NCBI GenBank assembly: GCA_977020255.1
Contig: CDROCS010002469.1
Span: 372,001-436,000, forward strand
Direction: 5' to 3'
DNA length: 64,000 nucleotides
From: Obrimoposthia wandeli
Taxonomy: Eukaryota
In this document: positions 60,348 through 64,000 of the stretch, one piece after another
Numbering within the stretch: the first letter of the stretch is position 1
Layout: each line of letters starts with the position of its first letter
Notes under the pieces: model-generated
Database searches by the model: none
The model's input: the letters and a program-made list of their open reading frames with translations, nothing else
What the model was told of the DNA's origin: nothing
Made by a program: the position numbers and the translations under genes

Positions 60348-62071
60348 TACACCACCTTTGCTGATGTTGGATATAAACCTGCGCTGAAATGCTGTTTTTC
60401 AGCGACTAGAGCAGCCTTTCTTTTTCCCTGTAACTCTTTGCGTAATGCCTTTAGTTGCTGTTTAAAAGCATCCTTTTGCCAATTGATTGCCAGTGGCTCT
60501 TTTGCATATAATTGCCGCTCTAAGTGCTCTGTATAGTTTTGTAAATCAGTTGAAGGCCACTGGGTAATTCCCATGCATTTTTTCCAGTTGTGCAGCTTGT
60601 GATGTAATTGTTCTAGGTTAAGTTGCGTTTGGTCTTTGATCGAAAGTACACTCATCAATTCGTCGAACAATTGCGCTTCGCCTGTATCCGCATTTTTTTC
60701 CAATACTTTTTGACTATCAACCCTGATCGGCGTCGTTATTTTTCTAGCCTTATATAGCAGTATTGAAAGCACTAAAACCACCAGCAATAAAAGCAAGTTA
60801 GTCCATAATAACCATTGGTTAATTGGCTTTTCTACAAAGACTTTTTCCAGCTTGATTTCAGGTGTTACTGCTTCACTAACAACTTCTTTATTAGCAGCAT
60901 TTGGTGACATCACTGCCGGAGCATTTATCGGTGCAAGTACAGCTATTTTTTTCTCAGCTATTTTTGCTACTTGATACTGTTGCGCACTGGTATTCCACCA
61001 ACTAATTTCCATAGCAGGTAAGAGATAGGTTCCAGCATTTGTTGGCACTATTGCAAACTTTCTTGATCTGCTGGTAACTAAGCCTGAACTCGTTTTTTGT
61101 TCTATTTTATCACCAGCCTCAGGATATATTTTGATACCGTCAATATCTTCCATTGTTAATGGCGGGATAGTTTGAGCTAACGCTCCGTGTAATTGCAGCA
61201 CTACCTCTCGGGTTATAGAGTCACCTAACGATATTTCATCATTTTGCGAAGACCACTTTTCTGCCAAGGTTAAACGATCAGCAACTAAAACATTACTTCC
61301 TTTAGCATTTTCACTAATGGGTAGTTGTATCGCCTTGGTTTGCAAAGCAATTGTTTTTCCTTGTTGATTGCTAAATATTGAGCTGCGCCCTATACGTATT
61401 GCAACATTTTGAGCGGGTATTTGCATACTGCCCGCGCTATTGGCAAAAACTGCATAGCTAATTTCGTATACACCGAAGTTTCGGCCATTAATCGTCGTTT
61501 CATAACTATTATCTTCTAAACGAAGCACTTTGGCGTTTTCGATTTTAAATTCACTGTTTTGTAAATTACTCACATTTTTAGCAAACGATAATTTTAAAGT
61601 GACGATTATTTGCTCATTGACCTTCGCCTCACTTTTATTGGTTAGAATTTGTAATTTAAAGTCCGCATCATCTCCTGGGTTAGCAACCCCTTTACTTACT
61701 TTTAGCTGTAGCTGCTGCGAGTTGAAGCCTTCTAAACTAAAGCTAGCAATGGTTACTTCTCCTAAACGCTTTGCTTGTAATTGTAATTGCCAGACAATAC
61801 TTTGGCTATTTGCACCATTTATATTTTGAATATTGTGACTGACGTTCTTACTCAAAATCACAAAATCATTATTTAGCACAGTAAAATCAGGTTGCGATAA
61901 AGTACTAATATCATTCGCTTGCAGCTTGAATGTAAAAGAATCAGCAATGCTAATTTCGTTTCTATCAATACTGGCTGTTAAACTCTGGGCCATGACAACA
62001 GGTGTATACATTAAACTTATAAAGCTTAAAGCGATGCTGCAAATTAACTGTATTTTTTTTGAGATACTCAC
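60347..62071 (-). CDS. BatD family protein
   Basis: Signal peptide, Ig-like repeats, GDSITREV and IYPE...SRSRKFAIVP...G.YLLPAMEISWWNT, with a C-terminal TM. GTG 62071 overlaps the upstream stop. Confidence 0.85.
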   Translation of the reverse strand: MSISKKIQLICSIALSFISLMYTPVVMAQSLTASIDRNEISIADSFTFKLQANDISTLSQPDFTVLNNDFVILSKNVSHNIQNINGANSQSIVWQLQLQAKRLGEVTIASFSLEGFNSQQLQLKVSKGVANPGDDADFKLQILTNKSEAKVNEQIIVTLKLSFAKNVSNLQNSEFKIENAKVLRLEDNSYETTINGRNFGVYEISYAVFANSAGSMQIPAQNVAIRIGRSSIFSNQQGKTIALQTKAIQLPISENAKGSNVLVADRLTLAEKWSSQNDEISLGDSITREVVLQLHGALAQTIPPLTMEDIDGIKIYPEAGDKIEQKTSSGLVTSRSRKFAIVPTNAGTYLLPAMEISWWNTSAQQYQVAKIAEKKIAVLAPINAPAVMSPNAANKEVVSEAVTPEIKLEKVFVEKPINQWLLWTNLLLLLVVLVLSILLYKARKITTPIRVDSQKVLEKNADTGEAQLFDELMSVLSIKDQTQLNLEQLHHKLHNWKKCMGITQWPSTDLQNYTEHLERQLYAKEPLAINWQKDAFKQQLKALRKELQGKRKAALVAEKQHFSAGLYPTSAKVV

Positions 62072-64000
62072 TACCAGCGTTGCTCCTTTGGCGGTTGCCA
62101 CTCTCCGTTAAGATAGGCTTGGCGCTTTTTTTGAAATTCATATTTAAATTTATTACGAACTAAGCGACTCGCATCTTCAGGAAGCTGACCTAACCAATTT
62201 TGTAGTTGTTGCTGTTTTTCAACCTGCTCCGGGCTCATTACCTCTTTGGGGGTTACATCATTGGGTTGTACCTGTGCTTGCTGTTGTTGCTCCTCTCCTT
62301 TTGGTTGTTTATCTAATGCTTGCTGAGTTTGCTGTTGCTGCTCTTTTTGCAATTCTTCAAGCTGTTGTTTACTTAGCTGTTCTTTGTCTTTGTTGTTTTC
62401 TTGTTTATCTGCATCTTGAGATTGTTGATCCTTAGGCTTCCCGTCTTTTGACTTTTCGTCCTTGGACTTTTCGTCTTTCGATTGCTCGTCTTTCGATTGC
62501 TCGTCTTTCGATTTCTCGTCTTTCGATTTCTCGTCCTTCGATTTCTCGTCCTTCGATTTCTCGTCCTTCGATTTCTCGTCCTTCGATTTCTCGTCCTTCG
62601 ATTTCTCGTCTTTCGATTTCTCGTCCTTCGATTTCTCGCCTTTCTGCTCTTTCTGTTTTTTTAGCAGTTTTTCTACCAATCCCTTATTCGTTTGTGCATC
62701 CGCCAGTTCTGGTTCTAATAGCAAAGCTTTATTATAAGCTTTAATTGCCGCTTCTAACTCTCCTTGCTTGGCTAACGCATTGCCTTGGTTATAATATCCA
62801 CCAGCGTTGTTTAAAGCGGCGAAACTTTTTGCCGCGCCCACAAAATCGCCAGCTTTATACTGGGCAGCCCCACGCCAATTTTGGTCGCTAAACTTATCTG
62901 CAGCTTGGGTGTAATTTTGCTTTTTAAAAGCTTGTGAACCTTGTTGATCACTGCTTTGCCAAAGATCCTCCCAACCGAGAGCTTGAGCAGGCATTGGGTT
63001 TATAAATGGAACAATCAACAGCGACACTGCAAATACCTGTAATAGCCAGCCGCGGCGAAAGCTCAGTAAAAAGATCGGCAGTATTAGCAAAACTAACCAT
63101 TGACCAGCATCTTCCCATTGATCCATTTCACTCGATTGTGTTGTTAGCTCTTGATAAGTATCAGTGGCCTTCTCATTTAATCGTAAAACGTCTGCTATAT
63201 CTTCGTTTGATAAGCTTAAATCGCTATATATTCCATGATTCTTTTCAGCGAGCGTTTGTAAAAGCACTCTTGGTAGCTTAGCTAATACAATCTTACCACT
63301 TTCATCTTTAGCAAAACCTTCACTGTCAAGTGGGATCGGTGCTCCGGCTGTTGTTCCTACTCCGATGACCGACAATCTTATATTGCTGTTTTCTAGCAAT
63401 GCTGAAACGCTTTGCTGCGCCTGTGCGGTTACTCCATCGGTGAAAAGCACGATATCAGCAGCTTTATAACCTTGATCTTTGAGCAACGAAATAGACAGCT
63501 CAATCCCTTCTTCCGTTCGGCTTCCCGCTATAGGCATGACATTTGGTGACAAAGTTGGAATCAAAGATAACAAGGTTTTACTATCATCACTTAAAGGCGT
63601 TAAAACATGGGCATCTCCGCCATATACTACTAATGCCGTTAATCCTTGTTTTCGTGCCTTTATTAGGTCAATTAGTTTAAAGCGCATTTTAACTAATCGC
63701 GAAGGCTTTATATCTTCTACTAGCATAGAGGGCGATAAATCAACTAATATAATTAATGGTTTTTGATTGGCAAACTGCGGCTGTGGCAACTCCTGCCAAC
63801 TAGGTCCAGCTAATGCTAGCGCTGATAATAACCAGACACTGCAAAGTAACACAATCGGCCACAGAGAATTTTTCTCGTTTTTCCCAACAATTAAATGCGC
63901 TAACATCTCGTCTTCAATCAAGCCTTGCCATTGAAAATTTGCATGCTTAATGCGCCATAGTAGCCAGCTTATTAAAGGTATAGCCAATAGAGCTAGTAAC
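62071..64000 (-). CDS. VWA plus TPR domain protein (BatB/BatC-like), 5'-truncated by window edge
   Basis: MIDAS motif DLSPSM, VLTPLSDD, LFTDG and TPR YYNQGNALAKQG; low-complexity K/D/E/Q tail. Frame stays open to base 64000. Confidence 0.9.
   Translation of the reverse strand, partial: LLALLAIPLISWLLWRIKHANFQWQGLIEDEMLAHLIVGKNEKNSLWPIVLLCSVWLLSALALAGPSWQELPQPQFANQKPLIILVDLSPSMLVEDIKPSRLVKMRFKLIDLIKARKQGLTALVVYGGDAHVLTPLSDDSKTLLSLIPTLSPNVMPIAGSRTEEGIELSISLLKDQGYKAADIVLFTDGVTAQAQQSVSALLENSNIRLSVIGVGTTAGAPIPLDSEGFAKDESGKIVLAKLPRVLLQTLAEKNHGIYSDLSLSNEDIADVLRLNEKATDTYQELTTQSSEMDQWEDAGQWLVLLILPIFLLSFRRGWLLQVFAVSLLIVPFINPMPAQALGWEDLWQSSDQQGSQAFKKQNYTQAADKFSDQNWRGAAQYKAGDFVGAAKSFAALNNAGGYYNQGNALAKQGELEAAIKAYNKALLLEPELADAQTNKGLVEKLLKKQKEQKGEKSKDEKSKDEKSKDEKSKDEKSKDEKSKDEKSKDEKSKDEKSKDEQSKDEQSKDEKSKDEKSKDGKPKDQQSQDADKQENNKDKEQLSKQQLEELQKEQQQQTQQALDKQPKGEEQQQQAQVQPNDVTPKEVMSPEQVEKQQQLQNWLGQLPEDASRLVRNKFKYEFQKKRQAYLNGEWQPPKEQRW
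62446..62640 (-). repeat. Coding VNTR: 13 tandem 15-bp units encoding (E/Q)-K/Q-S-K-D repeats
   Basis: Consensus YTTCGATTTCTCGTC on +, 13 contiguous units, in frame within the VWA-TPR gene. Confidence 0.95.

Noticed and set aside
1451-62111. Numerous short antisense or overlapping ORFs in the track (e.g. 1886-2251, 4448-4927, 19482-19736, 30111-30524, 35999-36403, 41308-41838, 61530-61829)
   Set aside because: They lie within well-supported genes on the opposite strand or in another frame, with no motifs or ribosome-binding sites; they are shadow ORFs.
62446-62744. Repeat array as a CRISPR; plus-strand ORFs 62448-62744, 62462-62737 and 62482-62664
   Set aside because: Units are contiguous 15-mers with no spacers and no cas genes. 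The plus-strand ORFs are stop-free by-products of the repeat on the antisense strand of a real gene.
1-64000. rRNA, tRNA, prophage, toxin-antitoxin, restriction-modification or other defence genes
   Set aside because: None were recognised. All long ORFs are accounted for by metabolic, transport, signalling or housekeeping families.

Overview
AT-rich chromosomal window from a Gammaproteobacterium. The TRAP, betaine/carnitine and BatD-type gene content suggests a marine organism (inference). Two housekeeping blocks anchor it: the tail of the rpoN operon (rapZ-ptsO-mgtE-yjgA) and ubiG-mupP/gph-yciK. Between them lies a patchwork of accessory and partly decayed modules: a TAXI-TRAP transporter, cpdB, an MFS pseudogene, a Crp/Fnr-DUF2892 pair, an arylsulfatase with a USP, and a dead IS5. 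Further modules are a butyrobetaine/carnitine CoA cluster lacking its dehydrogenase, a GntR-M24-nitrilase unit, a TetR-RND pump, a gamma-glutamylation amine-catabolic operon, an orphan histidine kinase, and the 3' end of a VWA/TPR-BatD operon. The most unusual locus (20.3-25.1 kb) is a LuxP (AI-2 receptor)-like protein with no luxQ. It is divergently paired with a second periplasmic binding protein that is translationally coupled to a membrane HAMP-GGDEF-EAL enzyme, a candidate AI-2-like signal to c-di-GMP system. Other notable items are a 108-bp MITE-like element with a target duplication, a metal-ligand-less M24 hydrolase, a doubly coupled 61-aa ORF and a 13-unit coding VNTR. I saw no rRNA, tRNA, CRISPR, prophage or defence genes. 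All family calls come from motif recognition by eye, and no database searches were run.
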